A stretch of 64,000 nt of DNA from Methanobacteriota archaeon (GCA_028355015.1 JAOMRN010000005.1:18022-82021); one strand, 5' to 3'; counted from the stretch's first letter, positions 41,321 to 52,157 are shown. Numbers and translations are program-made. Notes: generated by a model not told the origin, from the letters alone.

Positions 41321-41740
41321 ATGGTCCACGATGATGATTCTGTTCTAATGCCGATGAGGGTGAAAATTTTTAGGTTACGCGGTCTCGGTTATAGCCAGGC
41401 TGAAATAGCAAATCGAATCTCCGTCTCTCAACAAACCGTTAGCTATTATCTGAGACTAATGAAATCGAAGTCCGATTTAATCGGCCCCGACAAATATTTC
41501 AGATCTTTACTACCGTATTTATCTGATAAATTGCCAGTTATTCCTGCTGAAGTTAGAGATGAGATATGGAAGGAATTACATGAAAAATTAGAAATGGACA
41601 GAAACAGCAGAATGGAAGAAATGGATTTAATAATAAAATTTGAACAAAAAAAGAATCAAGAAGGCATTAAAATATTGAAGGATGAACTAACTAAATTATC
41701 TGAACTAGTGAATAATAGTGATGTAAACATACGGAGATGA
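41321..41740 (+). CDS. Helix-turn-helix protein with coiled-coil tail
   Basis: GYSQAEIANRISVSQQTVSYYL. Confidence 0.75.
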   Translation: MVHDDDSVLMPMRVKIFRLRGLGYSQAEIANRISVSQQTVSYYLRLMKSKSDLIGPDKYFRSLLPYLSDKLPVIPAEVRDEIWKELHEKLEMDRNSRMEEMDLIIKFEQKKNQEGIKILKDELTKLSELVNNSDVNIRR

Positions 41741-41745
41741 TCATT

Positions 41746-41835
41746 ATGATTGGATTGATTACAGAAACTGCAAAATTTTTTTTATGGTGTCTTTTCATAA
41801 TACCATTAGCAATAGTTGGAGTATTACTTGGATAG
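41746..41835 (+). CDS. Possible 29-aa single-TM peptide
   Basis: GGAG upstream; MIGLITETAKFFLWCLFIIPLAIVGVLLG. Confidence 0.35.
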   Translation: MIGLITETAKFFLWCLFIIPLAIVGVLLG

Positions 41836-42265
41836 GAGACCGAAAATAGTGAATGATAATAATAATTTTGAAGATGAGCCAAACAAACCCGGAAGTAATT
41901 TACTACCATCTGATCATGGAGAGCGCTGGTCAGAACATGAAATCAATATTCTCTTACAGGGTCTTATTAATGGGGAATCCTGGACTAAATTAGCAGAAAC
42001 AATTTTCAGAAAACCTTCCGCGATTAAAAGTAAATTTGGCAATATTATTATTGAGAAGATAAATAACATCGATCTCGCAAAAATTTTGTTAGCATCAGGT
42101 TCCCCAGAACCAAATAGAGACCCTAAGAATTCAATTTCTGGTGTCGGTGGTGAAAGACCATCAGATGACAGATGTTCTATCTGTTCATCTTTATTGGGGC
42201 CAAGGTGCATGGGCTGCGGAAACACTGTAACAGTCAATGCCTCTCAAAATGATTTTTTTGAGTAA
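41816..42265 (+). CDS. Hypothetical protein, Myb-like HTH segment plus C4 zinc-ribbon
   Basis: GERWSEHE..IL......SW..LA....RKPSAIKSK; CSIC..CMGC; likely GTG start at 41849. Confidence 0.55.
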   Translation: MEYYLDRRPKIVNDNNNFEDEPNKPGSNLLPSDHGERWSEHEINILLQGLINGESWTKLAETIFRKPSAIKSKFGNIIIEKINNIDLAKILLASGSPEPNRDPKNSISGVGGERPSDDRCSICSSLLGPRCMGCGNTVTVNASQNDFFE

Positions 42266-42603
42266 TGGTGATTAATATGAATAAAGATGAAAAGATTCAA
42301 GGATATTTGACTATGAGTCCAAGAATCTCGCTTTTGGCCTTAAATCATCACTATGAATCAGGCGAAATTTTAGATAATTATCAAAAATTTGATCTAGATT
42401 GCCTTATTGAAGCAATCCAACGCTCACCTATTGATGCCTCTCAACTTTTTACGGAAGTGGATGGCCAAAGAAAATTAAATGGGCCTTTTAGATTAGATAA
42501 TCATCCAGATCATGGTTTTGGGATATATATATCTTGGAAGTTGAAAAAAGGAATTTCAAAATTTCAAACTGGAAATCATTGGAAAATCATTGGGGGTAAA
42601 TAG
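42265..42603 (+). CDS. Hypothetical protein
   Basis: ORF translationally coupled to the upstream gene. Confidence 0.5.
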   Translation: MVINMNKDEKIQGYLTMSPRISLLALNHHYESGEILDNYQKFDLDCLIEAIQRSPIDASQLFTEVDGQRKLNGPFRLDNHPDHGFGIYISWKLKKGISKFQTGNHWKIIGGK

Positions 42604-42868
42604 AATTGAATGCATTAATTATTGAACAGATTCATAAACAACCTCAAGATTTAGGATTACAAGGGGGTCAATCATGAACATAAGTTTAAAATTAGGTCGG
42701 AAAAAAATGATGGGATTTGACCTCCCAATTATCAAACATGAGGCCAAATCCCAGTTTTAAACTGGTGATGAAAATTGTATAATAAAACATTAATGAGTGA
42801 AAGCAACAAGAACGAACTAATAGTAAATAAGAGATATTATCTCAAAGAACTTACAATAAAGGGGGTTT

Positions 42869-43639
42869 TTGATGAGCAGTGAAGAGACCTCTTCTACAAA
42901 GATTAATCAGCGTCATGAATACAGAGTGAAATTAGATCTAATGCTTGCCTTTGGGGAGGAAAAAACCCTTGCTAAGTTTCAGGCTTCAACCGTTGCCAAA
43001 ATTATTCAGGGAGAGCTGAAAGAGGTTGCAAGTAGAGCTAATCATTCACTACATGAACTACTAATGATAGTTAGAGGGGACTCAAATGGTAGCGAAGGAT
43101 TTCATGGAAAAAGTAGGGCGGCATTAGTAGTTCAGGCTCTAGCAAGTCATTGCGGCATTGAATTTGATGTTGTGAACTCGCTAATAGTGATCACTCTGGA
43201 TGAGGACGATGACTTGTTCTGTATAGAACCAGTAAAGGGAAAGAATCTGCTTTCCAACATAGTAATCGGTGTAATGTATCAAAGTAAACTTTTGGACGAG
43301 GATGTATATAATATCCTGATAGATGACTTGGACAGCGTGTCATTGGAAATAAGAATTGGCGATTTTATTATCAATCATATCAAAGAAAATACTGACCACA
43401 TGACTGCGACAGAGCGACTCGCTAGAATCGAAAAATATTCATGTAGTTTTGCGGATTCACAACTTCCACCAGAGGTCAAACTGGCTGAAGTAATTCGTAT
43501 AGATACTAGTGATTCAAGTTTGAAGTGGCGAGACGTCTCTGACCATAATAAATGTGGTTGGGTTGAACATAAAGCAGTAAGAAAGGTATCCACTAATCGA
43601 AAATCAGAAATAGAAAACGATTCAGAGGCGAGCCTTTAA
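42869..43639 (+). CDS. Hypothetical protein
   Basis: 256-aa ORF, no recognised motif. Confidence 0.55.
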   Translation: MMSSEETSSTKINQRHEYRVKLDLMLAFGEEKTLAKFQASTVAKIIQGELKEVASRANHSLHELLMIVRGDSNGSEGFHGKSRAALVVQALASHCGIEFDVVNSLIVITLDEDDDLFCIEPVKGKNLLSNIVIGVMYQSKLLDEDVYNILIDDLDSVSLEIRIGDFIINHIKENTDHMTATERLARIEKYSCSFADSQLPPEVKLAEVIRIDTSDSSLKWRDVSDHNKCGWVEHKAVRKVSTNRKSEIENDSEASL

Positions 43640-43647
43640 TCAGGACT

Positions 43648-43667
43648 CAATGGGTACCCCCTGCGAC
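43648..43667. repeat. Short GGG-TA-CCC palindromic site
   Basis: CAATGGGTACCCCCTGCGAC, between the hypothetical gene and hsdM. Confidence 0.6.
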
Positions 43668-43759
43668 TAGCACATATCAACTCTTTCTTTTGATTTTGAA
43701 CCGAATCCAATAATCTGTAGCCATAGCCGTTATGTGTGCGAGGGGGTTAGGCTAGAATC

Positions 43760-45205
43760 ATGGCTGTCGACCCTTTCAAGCGGATCGATGATGAGTTACG
43801 AAAAGATGCTGGCTGTGGAGGGGAAATTGATTATGCTGAGCAAACTTCATGGCTACTCTTCTTGAAATATCTCGACTCAATGGAAAATAGGAGAAAATTA
43901 GCTGCGGAACTTCAAGGGAAATCGTATTCGTACATCATCGATAATGAGTATAAATGGGATACTTGGGCTGCTCCAAAAAAGGATGGTGAAATAGACTACA
44001 ATGTTCGGATGATTGGTGAGGATTTACTTGAGTTTGTCAATCTCAAATTGTATCCTTACCTTGCCGAATTCAAGCAAAGAGCGCCAAGTTCTGATACAAT
44101 TGAATATAAAATTGGTGAAATCTTTGGGGAGTTGAAAAATAAAATTCAGTATGGAAAAACCTTAGCCAATGTTATCGATATTATCGATCAGTTTAGTTTT
44201 GGTTCAAATGCCGACAAGCATGAAATGTCCCAACTTTATGAAGAGAAAATCAAGCGCATGGGTAATGCAGGCAGAAATGGAGGAGAATATTACACTCCAC
44301 GGCCTCTTATTCGTGCAATGATTGAAATTGCAAAACCGAAGATTGGAGATACCATCTATGATGGCGCGGTTGGTTCTGCTGGTTTCTTGTGTGAGGCTCA
44401 CGAATACCTCAAATCTCAATCCAATTTATCAACCAGCGATTTAGAAACACTTCAGAAAAAGACATTCTATGGAAAGGAGAAGAAAGGCCTCGCATACGTT
44501 ATTGGCATCATGAATATGATTCTTCATGGGATTGACGCACCTAATATCATCCATACAAATACACTTGGTGAGAATGTCATGGATATTCAAGAAAAAGATC
44601 GTCACAACGTTGTACTCGCAAATCCTCCATTTGGCGGTGGTGAACGAAAAGAAATCCAACAAAACTTCCCTATTCGTACAGGCGAAACTGCTTATTTATT
44701 CTTGCAACATTTCATGAAGATACTCAAAGTAGGCGGTACAGCTGCAATTGTTATCAAGAACACCTTCTTGTCAAATGATGATGCCTCAGAACTAAGGAAA
44801 GATTTGCTTTCATCGTGTAATCTGCATACGATTCTTGATTGTCCTGCGGGAACATTTCAAGGAGCAGGTGTGAAGACCGTTATTTTGTTTTTCAACAAAG
44901 GTACACCAACACGTAAGATTTGGTATTACCAACTCAAACCAGGGCGTAATCTGGGTAAGACCAATCCATTGAATGACAAAGATTTGGCAGAATTCATCGA
45001 ATTTCAGAAGGGTTTTGCAGATTCTGATAATTCATGGACAATTGACATTGATGATGTAGATACGAGCAACTACGACCTCTCTACCAAGAATCCAAATGTA
45101 GATCATGAAGTAGTTCTACGTAGTCCAACGGAGATTCTTGATGAGATTGAGAAATTGGACGATGAGTCGCGAGAAATTCTCAAGAAAATAAGGGAGTTAT
45201 TGTGA
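43760..45205 (+). CDS. hsdM: Type I R-M N6-adenine methyltransferase
   Basis: GEYYTPR, YDGAVGSAGFL, ANPPF. Confidence 0.95.
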   Translation: MAVDPFKRIDDELRKDAGCGGEIDYAEQTSWLLFLKYLDSMENRRKLAAELQGKSYSYIIDNEYKWDTWAAPKKDGEIDYNVRMIGEDLLEFVNLKLYPYLAEFKQRAPSSDTIEYKIGEIFGELKNKIQYGKTLANVIDIIDQFSFGSNADKHEMSQLYEEKIKRMGNAGRNGGEYYTPRPLIRAMIEIAKPKIGDTIYDGAVGSAGFLCEAHEYLKSQSNLSTSDLETLQKKTFYGKEKKGLAYVIGIMNMILHGIDAPNIIHTNTLGENVMDIQEKDRHNVVLANPPFGGGERKEIQQNFPIRTGETAYLFLQHFMKILKVGGTAAIVIKNTFLSNDDASELRKDLLSSCNLHTILDCPAGTFQGAGVKTVILFFNKGTPTRKIWYYQLKPGRNLGKTNPLNDKDLAEFIEFQKGFADSDNSWTIDIDDVDTSNYDLSTKNPNVDHEVVLRSPTEILDEIEKLDDESREILKKIRELL

Positions 45206-46380
45206 TGTCAGAACAGTGGCCACTCAAAAAACTTGGAGATTTCTCCAATATTCGTTATGGATATACGGAAAAAGCATCTTTAGAACCCATTGGCCCTCGT
45301 TTTCTACGGATAACTGACATCAAAAATGGAGGAGTTAATTGGGACGAAGTCCCTTATTGTAGAATAACTGATGAAAAATTCAGTAAATATCAATTGAAAA
45401 AAGGAGACATTGTTTTTGCTCGAACTGGAGCGACTACTGGCAAAAGTTTTCTCATTACTGAATCCCCAGATTCTGTCTTTGCTTCGTATCTAATTCGCGT
45501 ACAAATTACAGATTCTGCTATTTTGCCAGAATATGTGTATTTGTATTTCCAATCTGCTTCATATTGGGACATGGTAAATGCAGGAATTTCTGGAAGTGCC
45601 CAAGGTGGTTTTAATGCAAGCAAGCTTTCTGATCTGAAAATCCCAATTCCACCATTGGAAGTACAACTGCAGATAGTTAGTATCCTTAGTGAGGCATTAG
45701 AAAATATTTCAAGCGCAACTTCAAATGTTGTAACAAAAATGAATTCAGGTAATGAGATATTCCAATCGGCACTCAACAAATACTATTGCAAAAAAGAATA
45801 TTACTTTGAGAAACAACTTGGAGATGTATGCAAACTTAGGAATGGACGAGCCTATAAGAAAAAAGAATTGTTAGATGAGGGAAAATATCGAGTTCTAAGG
45901 GTTGGAAATTTCTTCACTAACAAGCATTGGTATTACTCGGATTTAGAACTTGATGATACAAAATATTGTGATACTGGTGATTTACTTTATGCATGGTCTG
46001 CATCATTTGGACCTCGATTATGGGAGGGAGAAAGATCGATTTTCCACTACCATATATGGCGAGTAGATCATGATGAGGAAATCTTGGAAAAGAAATACCT
46101 CTACTATTGGTTTCTATGGGATGCTGAGAAGATAAAATCTGAACAAGGTACGGGAACAACTATGATTCATGTTTCGATGAAATCAATGAATGCAAGACAG
46201 ATTTTCATACCCCCATTGGATGAGCAGAAAGAAATTGTCAAACTACTGGATTTAATATCTCATCAGGTCAACATGTTAGGGAATAAAAATCGATATGAAA
46301 TGAATTTGCTTGATGGATTGAAGAAATCGATATTACAAGAAGCATTCGATGGGAAATTAACAGTAGGGGTCGCTGCATGA
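45202..46380 (+). CDS. hsdS: Type I R-M specificity subunit
   Basis: Two TRDs with IPIPPLEVQ / IPPLDEQKEIV, terminal SILQEAF.GKL. Confidence 0.93.
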   Translation: MMSEQWPLKKLGDFSNIRYGYTEKASLEPIGPRFLRITDIKNGGVNWDEVPYCRITDEKFSKYQLKKGDIVFARTGATTGKSFLITESPDSVFASYLIRVQITDSAILPEYVYLYFQSASYWDMVNAGISGSAQGGFNASKLSDLKIPIPPLEVQLQIVSILSEALENISSATSNVVTKMNSGNEIFQSALNKYYCKKEYYFEKQLGDVCKLRNGRAYKKKELLDEGKYRVLRVGNFFTNKHWYYSDLELDDTKYCDTGDLLYAWSASFGPRLWEGERSIFHYHIWRVDHDEEILEKKYLYYWFLWDAEKIKSEQGTGTTMIHVSMKSMNARQIFIPPLDEQKEIVKLLDLISHQVNMLGNKNRYEMNLLDGLKKSILQEAFDGKLTVGVAA

Positions 46381-48689
46381 CAAGCGGAATGAACGAATCC
46401 GAAACGTGTGACACATACATCACACCAGCAGTTCAAGACTCAGGGTGGAAACCAAGCAATCGTTGTATCATTCGTCGTGAGTTCTCAATCACAGCAGGGC
46501 GGATACAGGGCCCAGGGCAGAGAGGAAGTCCGTTGCGGGCTGATTATGTACTTGTTCATCGATATAAGAAACTGGCAATTATTGAGGCAAAGAAATGGGA
46601 TCTCTCGCTGACTGAAGGTGTTCAACAAGCCAAGGATTACGCACAAAGGATGCATGTTCGATTCACCTACGCATCAAACGGGCAAGGTTTCTGGGAAATC
46701 GATATGCTCACAGGTGAAGAGAAGGAATTGGCAATTTCAGAATTTCCAACCCCTGAAGAGTTGTGGGAAAGAACGTACGAAAGTGATGACGAATGGCGAG
46801 ACAAATTCTCTGAAGTTCCATTTGAAGACAGGGGTGGCACATGGACTCCAAGGTATTACCAAGACAATGCAGTTGAAGCCGCATTGAAAGCCATTGGCGA
46901 TGGCAGTGACCGAATTTTACTGACACTTGCTACGGGAACAGGAAAGACATCTATCGCATTCCAAATCGCTTGGAAGTTGTTCCAGACGAGATGGAATCGT
47001 AGTGATGGAATTTCTCGACGTCCTCGAATCCTTTTCCTTGCAGATAGAAACATCTTGGCGAATCAAGCCTACAACTCGTTTTCTGCCTTTGGCGAACATG
47101 CGATGGAGCGAATTACCCCTGCTGGTATTCGAAAGAAGGGGCGAGTTCCAAAGAATGCTAACATCTTCTTCACTATCTTCCAGACTTTCATGAGTGGGCC
47201 TGATGATACTGCTTTCTTTGGAGAATATCCAGAGGATTTCTTTGACATGGTTATCGTGGATGAGTGCCACCGAGGAGGGGCAAATGATGAGAGTACTTGG
47301 AGGGAGATTCTGGAATACTTCTCACCTGCCGTTCAACTGGGTTTGACAGCAACTCCCAAGCGTGACGACAACGTTGACACATACGCCTACTTCGGTGAAC
47401 CAGTTTACACATATTCCCTCAAGGATGGGATAAGTGATGGATTCTTGACCCCATTTAGAGTCCGCAAGATTTCGACGACTAGCGATTCATACGTGTATTC
47501 TTCTGATGATAATGTCCTTCAAGGCGAGGTAGAAGAAGGAAAAGAATACACTGAGAAGGATTTTGCTCGTGGTGTAATTGAGATTCCAGCACGAATGAAA
47601 TACCGTGTTGAGAGGTTCATGGAATTCATCGATCAATCTGAGAAGACAATCATTTTCTGTCCTTTAGAAAGACATGCAGCAGCTGTTCGTGACCTCATAA
47701 ACCAGTTGAAGAAAAGTACCGATCCGAACTATTGTGTTAGAGTCACATCAGGCGATGGTGAGTTGGGTGAAAAATACCTACGGGAATTCCAAGACAATGA
47801 GCGTTCAATTCCAACAATCCTCACCACCTCGAGAAAACTCTCAACTGGAGTTGATGCCAGAAATGTTCGCCATATCGTATTACTGAGGACAATCAAATCA
47901 ATGATTGAATTTAAGCAAATCATTGGACGAGGCACTCGTTTGTATGATGAAAAGTACTACTTTACAATACATGATTTCGTCAATGCTTCTGAAAAATTCC
48001 AAGATCCAGAATGGGATGGGGAGCCAGTCGAGCCAGAACCAACAGAACCACGTGAACCTCGTCCATCTCAGCCTAGGCCAGAAAGACCACCAAGACCTGA
48101 AGTCATCAGAATCAAGTTGTCTGATGGCAAGGAACGCTCAATACAACACATGGAGCAAACTCTATTCTATGGCCCTGATGGGAAACCAATGTCATCTTCT
48201 GAATTTATTCAGAGTATATTCGGTGTAACTCCTACTCTGTTCAAGGATGAAGAACATCTTAGAGAAATATGGAGTGACCCTGAAACTCGCAAAAAACTCA
48301 TGCGACAACTCTCCGAATCTGGGTTTACTAAGGAGCATATAGAGCAAGCGAAGAAGTTGATCTCAGCAGAACATAGTGATGTGTATGACGTTCTTTCATA
48401 CATCGCATATGCAACTCCAGTATCTACCCGTGAAGAAAGAGCATTAATGGCGGCAGACATGCTTATCGATGAATTTGAAGAAGATGAGAAACTGTTCCTC
48501 AAATTCGTATTAGGAGAATATGTCGATCATGGTGTTGAAGAATTGGATGTAGGAAAGCTCCCCGAGTTACTTCAACTCAAATATGGCGGTATGAACGAGG
48601 CCTTGAGCGTCTTTGGTGCTCCTGCAAAAATTAACGAAATGTTCGTTGGATTCCAGCGTCTGCTTTACACAAAGTCACAAACGGCCTAA
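46377..48689 (+). CDS. hsdR: Type I R-M restriction subunit (EcoAI/type IB-like)
   Basis: ADYVL...IEAK nuclease, PRYYQ, ATGTGKT, DECHR, GLTATP, QIIGRGTR. Confidence 0.95.
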   Translation: MTSGMNESETCDTYITPAVQDSGWKPSNRCIIRREFSITAGRIQGPGQRGSPLRADYVLVHRYKKLAIIEAKKWDLSLTEGVQQAKDYAQRMHVRFTYASNGQGFWEIDMLTGEEKELAISEFPTPEELWERTYESDDEWRDKFSEVPFEDRGGTWTPRYYQDNAVEAALKAIGDGSDRILLTLATGTGKTSIAFQIAWKLFQTRWNRSDGISRRPRILFLADRNILANQAYNSFSAFGEHAMERITPAGIRKKGRVPKNANIFFTIFQTFMSGPDDTAFFGEYPEDFFDMVIVDECHRGGANDESTWREILEYFSPAVQLGLTATPKRDDNVDTYAYFGEPVYTYSLKDGISDGFLTPFRVRKISTTSDSYVYSSDDNVLQGEVEEGKEYTEKDFARGVIEIPARMKYRVERFMEFIDQSEKTIIFCPLERHAAAVRDLINQLKKSTDPNYCVRVTSGDGELGEKYLREFQDNERSIPTILTTSRKLSTGVDARNVRHIVLLRTIKSMIEFKQIIGRGTRLYDEKYYFTIHDFVNASEKFQDPEWDGEPVEPEPTEPREPRPSQPRPERPPRPEVIRIKLSDGKERSIQHMEQTLFYGPDGKPMSSSEFIQSIFGVTPTLFKDEEHLREIWSDPETRKKLMRQLSESGFTKEHIEQAKKLISAEHSDVYDVLSYIAYATPVSTREERALMAADMLIDEFEEDEKLFLKFVLGEYVDHGVEELDVGKLPELLQLKYGGMNEALSVFGAPAKINEMFVGFQRLLYTKSQTA

Positions 48690-48946
48690 TTTTTCTGAAA
48701 AGAAACGGCATCATGCCATTTGCTATTACCCCAATCTGATGGCTTCTCAAATAACTCACGTTGTGCATGAAACTCATACCGCATGGTCCTCAAGACCATG
48801 CTTGCTTTCCAAGTGCCTCCTCTTTTGCCTGTCATTCCTTTCTCATTGAGATGCTTGGCTACCCTTGTTTATGCCCTCACAACAGAGGCCTATCATTACA
48901 AAAACTCTCTAACAACATCTTTATTTTATAATGTTCAGGATAACTC

Positions 48947-51361
48947 ATGAACGGAACCGTGTTACTTAGGAGTGTACACGGGAAGTACCTAAGCGCACAG
49001 CCCGACGGACGCGCAGAATGGAATCGAACTATAGCAGCTGAGTGGGAATACTTCCAAGTAGAACAGCGGCATAATGGCAAGATTACACTCAAGAGCGCAC
49101 ACGGCACGTATGTGTCAGCACAGCCTGACGGTAGCGTGCAGATCAATCGCAGAGAGGCACCACCCGGCGGCTGGGAGGTGTTCACGGTCGAAGACCGTGG
49201 CAACAATGTAGTCTGTTTGAAGTCCTGTCATGGGAAGTACCTGAGTGCGCAGCAAAATGGCACAGCACAATGGAACCGAGACCATGCGCCAAGAGGCGGC
49301 TGGGAAGACATCCAGTTCGTGCAGCAGGGCGCTACAGGCCAACAACAACCTGCAACAAATACAGCATCGATGCCCTCGTATGTAATCGTCGCTCAAGCCG
49401 GAAGCTCGGAAGTGAACGGGAACTACGAGTTCGTGCCTGGTAAACATGAGAATAGACACTGGGGCACTATCGCTGGCCATTACCAGCATACTCAGAACCC
49501 TGAGATTTTCATCGCTTTCCAAGACTGCGGAAAGTCCCATCAACGCCCGGAGTGGAACAAGTGGATGATCATCTCAAAAATCGGGGTCCTCTATGCTGCG
49601 CATACCGGCGGAAAGATCGGGGTTCCACCGCGTGAAGGCGGGTGGGAAACCGTCGACAGTTGGGGAAACCCGGGCGCACCCGGCGGTAAACATCCGGTAC
49701 CAACACTCTATCACCCGCCCGACGCTGCGACTCAAACTCAACAACACCTCAACACTGGCCATTCCTCCATGTCTGATTCAGATGAATCAATTCAGTTGCT
49801 GGAAGCCGTGGCCGGTAAGCCCGTCCGCTTCAAACTCAACAATCCCCCAAACCACAACGATGCTTGGGTCGGCATCTATCAAACGGGCGCACCCGACCAG
49901 GATCATGGGGCGCAGAACCAACGGTGGAAATACATCAGGGACATCGACGTCAACAATGTATCGTTATCAAACGGGGGGTGGGCTGAAGGCGATTGGGGCA
50001 TACGTGTCTTTTCAGACGGCGGATACACACTGGTCGAACGAAAAGATTTCACCATCCACTCGGCGCACAACAAGCAACACGGCGAGTCACCCCTCCCTGA
50101 GGCAGCTTCGACTAGTCACCATACAACTCAGACTGTTGCGTCTCAACCGCTTGATGAGCCGGCTGAAAAGCCAGGACGCAGGGGGATATGGATTGCGGCT
50201 TTATTTGGTATATTCTTGATACTTCCCGGTTTACCACTTCTCATTGTAGGATCATCCATGGGCGAGGTCGGAATGATAATTCCGGGAGCGATTTTGACGG
50301 GTTTTGGCGCATTCTTGACAGTGGGGGCTTGGCTTGTCAATGTTTCTTCGTGGTCTAAATCTTATGCTGAATCCGGCAAGCCCGCCCCTAGGTGGACAAA
50401 GGTCGCGGCCGTGTTCGCCGTTTTACTGTTGATCCCAGGCGTAATCCTGCTTGTCATCGGATCTATTTCAGCCGAATCATTCGTAGTGCAATCTGAATCC
50501 AATGCCACTCTGGAAATTTTCGATGTAGATGACATGGGCGATCAGGGATTCATCATTTTCCTCGAGGCAACGCCGGGCGATTCCAATAATAATGGGATGC
50601 ACGATTACTGTGAGAATTTAATCATGAATGCCACTCATTCTGGAGCCTGGATGAGTGACCCGTGGCAAGGAGAGATTTCCGGCTATAATGAGGCGGATGA
50701 AACAAGGCAAGTATTCGAACTTGAAATCGCTCATGATGGCAGTAGATGCAGTGCGGAATTTTGGCCTGAAGAGAAGCATACAACAGAACCTACTTCTTAC
50801 TCCGAAGACCGCCAAGTCTCTTTGGTAAAAATTGGAGTGGCCTGCTATGGTTGTATGAAAGGTACCACAACGATTAGTGCAGAATATTCTGATGGCTCAA
50901 AAACCGCCGTCATGTGGATTCAAGATGGAGAAAAAATCGTGGAAGCAACTGGTCTGATAATTGCCGGCTCAATCATGACGGGTCTTAGCTCCGTCGCGTT
51001 AATCAGCCTCTTAATGGTCTGGGGTGCCACTAGAGGCAGGAAACAAGATGGTAGCCAAAAATCGAGTATCGATATTTTAGAGGCGACCACCAACAAGGGC
51101 GTGTATTTCAGAATCAACAATCCTCCCAGTAGCAACGATGCTTGGGTAGGTATCTATCCTCGTGGCAGCGAAGACACCAATCACGGAGAGGAAGGAGTTC
51201 GTTGGCACTGGCTGAGGGACATAGATGTGAACAAAGCAAGGTTCTATGAAAAATCCGAGGGCCGCTGGAGCATACGTGTTTTCTCAGATAGTGGATTCAC
51301 TTTGGATAGCCAAGATGACTTTGAAATCATTCCTAAAAATGACCAATGGTGGAAGGACTGA
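48947..51361 (+). CDS. Multidomain membrane protein: fascin-like beta-trefoil, duplicated DAWVGIY domain, TM segments
   Basis: Three L(K/R)S.HG.Y(L/V)SAQ..G repeats; two copies of F..NNPP..NDAWVGIY...RDIDVN...W.IRVFSD.G. Confidence 0.7.
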   Translation: MNGTVLLRSVHGKYLSAQPDGRAEWNRTIAAEWEYFQVEQRHNGKITLKSAHGTYVSAQPDGSVQINRREAPPGGWEVFTVEDRGNNVVCLKSCHGKYLSAQQNGTAQWNRDHAPRGGWEDIQFVQQGATGQQQPATNTASMPSYVIVAQAGSSEVNGNYEFVPGKHENRHWGTIAGHYQHTQNPEIFIAFQDCGKSHQRPEWNKWMIISKIGVLYAAHTGGKIGVPPREGGWETVDSWGNPGAPGGKHPVPTLYHPPDAATQTQQHLNTGHSSMSDSDESIQLLEAVAGKPVRFKLNNPPNHNDAWVGIYQTGAPDQDHGAQNQRWKYIRDIDVNNVSLSNGGWAEGDWGIRVFSDGGYTLVERKDFTIHSAHNKQHGESPLPEAASTSHHTTQTVASQPLDEPAEKPGRRGIWIAALFGIFLILPGLPLLIVGSSMGEVGMIIPGAILTGFGAFLTVGAWLVNVSSWSKSYAESGKPAPRWTKVAAVFAVLLLIPGVILLVIGSISAESFVVQSESNATLEIFDVDDMGDQGFIIFLEATPGDSNNNGMHDYCENLIMNATHSGAWMSDPWQGEISGYNEADETRQVFELEIAHDGSRCSAEFWPEEKHTTEPTSYSEDRQVSLVKIGVACYGCMKGTTTISAEYSDGSKTAVMWIQDGEKIVEATGLIIAGSIMTGLSSVALISLLMVWGATRGRKQDGSQKSSIDILEATTNKGVYFRINNPPSSNDAWVGIYPRGSEDTNHGEEGVRWHWLRDIDVNKARFYEKSEGRWSIRVFSDSGFTLDSQDDFEIIPKNDQWWKD

Positions 51362-51420
51362 TGAAACTGCTAACGTAGATATTATCGATCTAAGTACGGA
51401 TTAAGAGTTTTATGACTAAA

Positions 51421-51499
51421 TCAATGGGTTTCTGCTTAGACCCATGAGTTAGCATTTACTGAATTAATGGGTTTGCAGTCCATCCTTTCATAGGCTACC
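51421..51499 (-). repeat. Arm repeat, hybrid GG-TA-arm site (TA 51496-97)
   Basis: rc GGTAGCCTATGAAAGGATGGACTGCAAACCCATTAATTCAGTAAATGCTAACTCATGGGTCTAAGCAGAAACCCATTG. Confidence 0.9.
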
Positions 51500-51533
51500 A
51501 TTCCGATTATCCCTGATTGGATGGAAATATCGT

Positions 51534-51824
51534 TTACTCTTCTTCATTACTTGCAAAGGGGTTCTTTCCAGAAACCCACATCCAGATGATGAACAAAATC
51601 AGAATTAAAATCAGAATTGCAGTGATGAATGCTGTTCCATTTAGTCCAAAAAACTTTAATGAAGTGAAAAAAAGTATTGGCTGCATAATAGCAAGAAGGA
51701 GCAAGAATGGGGTGCTTTCCGTACTATCTCCCATAGAATGATATAATTTGTTTTCGAACATAAATGATTGGGCGGCATTGCCCTTGTTGATGCGAAAATC
51801 TATCACTCTACCTATGTGATACAA
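51534..51824 (-). CDS. Small membrane protein (start uncertain, probably MGDSTES)
   Basis: Two hydrophobic helices. Confidence 0.45.
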   Translation of the reverse strand: MYHIGRVIDFRINKGNAAQSFMFENKLYHSMGDSTESTPFLLLLAIMQPILFFTSLKFFGLNGTAFITAILILILILFIIWMWVSGKNPFASNEEE

Positions 51825-52093
51825 CGTGATAATGGGTACAGTTCATTCTGTTTCGTCTTGATCAGATTTAGCATGGCCAAGTATCTGCCACCATTCTTTT
51901 TTCAACACCTTTCTCTGGTAGGCCGGTTTAATGAATAGAACGTAAGGAATATACAGAAAGCCTAGTATACCGATAATAACAGATAAAAATTCAAAAATTT
52001 CATTTAAAATATCCTCAACCCCACCCTGTAGTTTTCCTTATACACATATTATTTAATTAATGATAGATTGTATATACTTTACCCCGATACAAC

Positions 52094-52157
52094 GGTAGGC
52101 ACTGAAAGCGCTGACTGCCAACGCATTAATTCAGTAATTTCTAACTCTTGGGCCTAA
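52094..52157 (+). repeat. Arm repeat, hybrid GG-TA-arm site (TA 52096-97)
   Basis: GGTAGGCACTGAAAGCGCTGACTGCCAACGCATTAATTCAGTAATTTCTAACTCTTGGGCCTAA. Confidence 0.85.

Noticed and set aside
43621-43634. TTCAGAGGCGAGCC resembling an arm end
   Set aside because: Only ~9 nt match, no TA, and inside a coding 3' end.
51843-52040. Short minus-strand hydrophobic reading frame (..LSVIIGILGFLYIPYV..)
   Set aside because: No in-frame start codon found; may be a remnant but cannot be supported.
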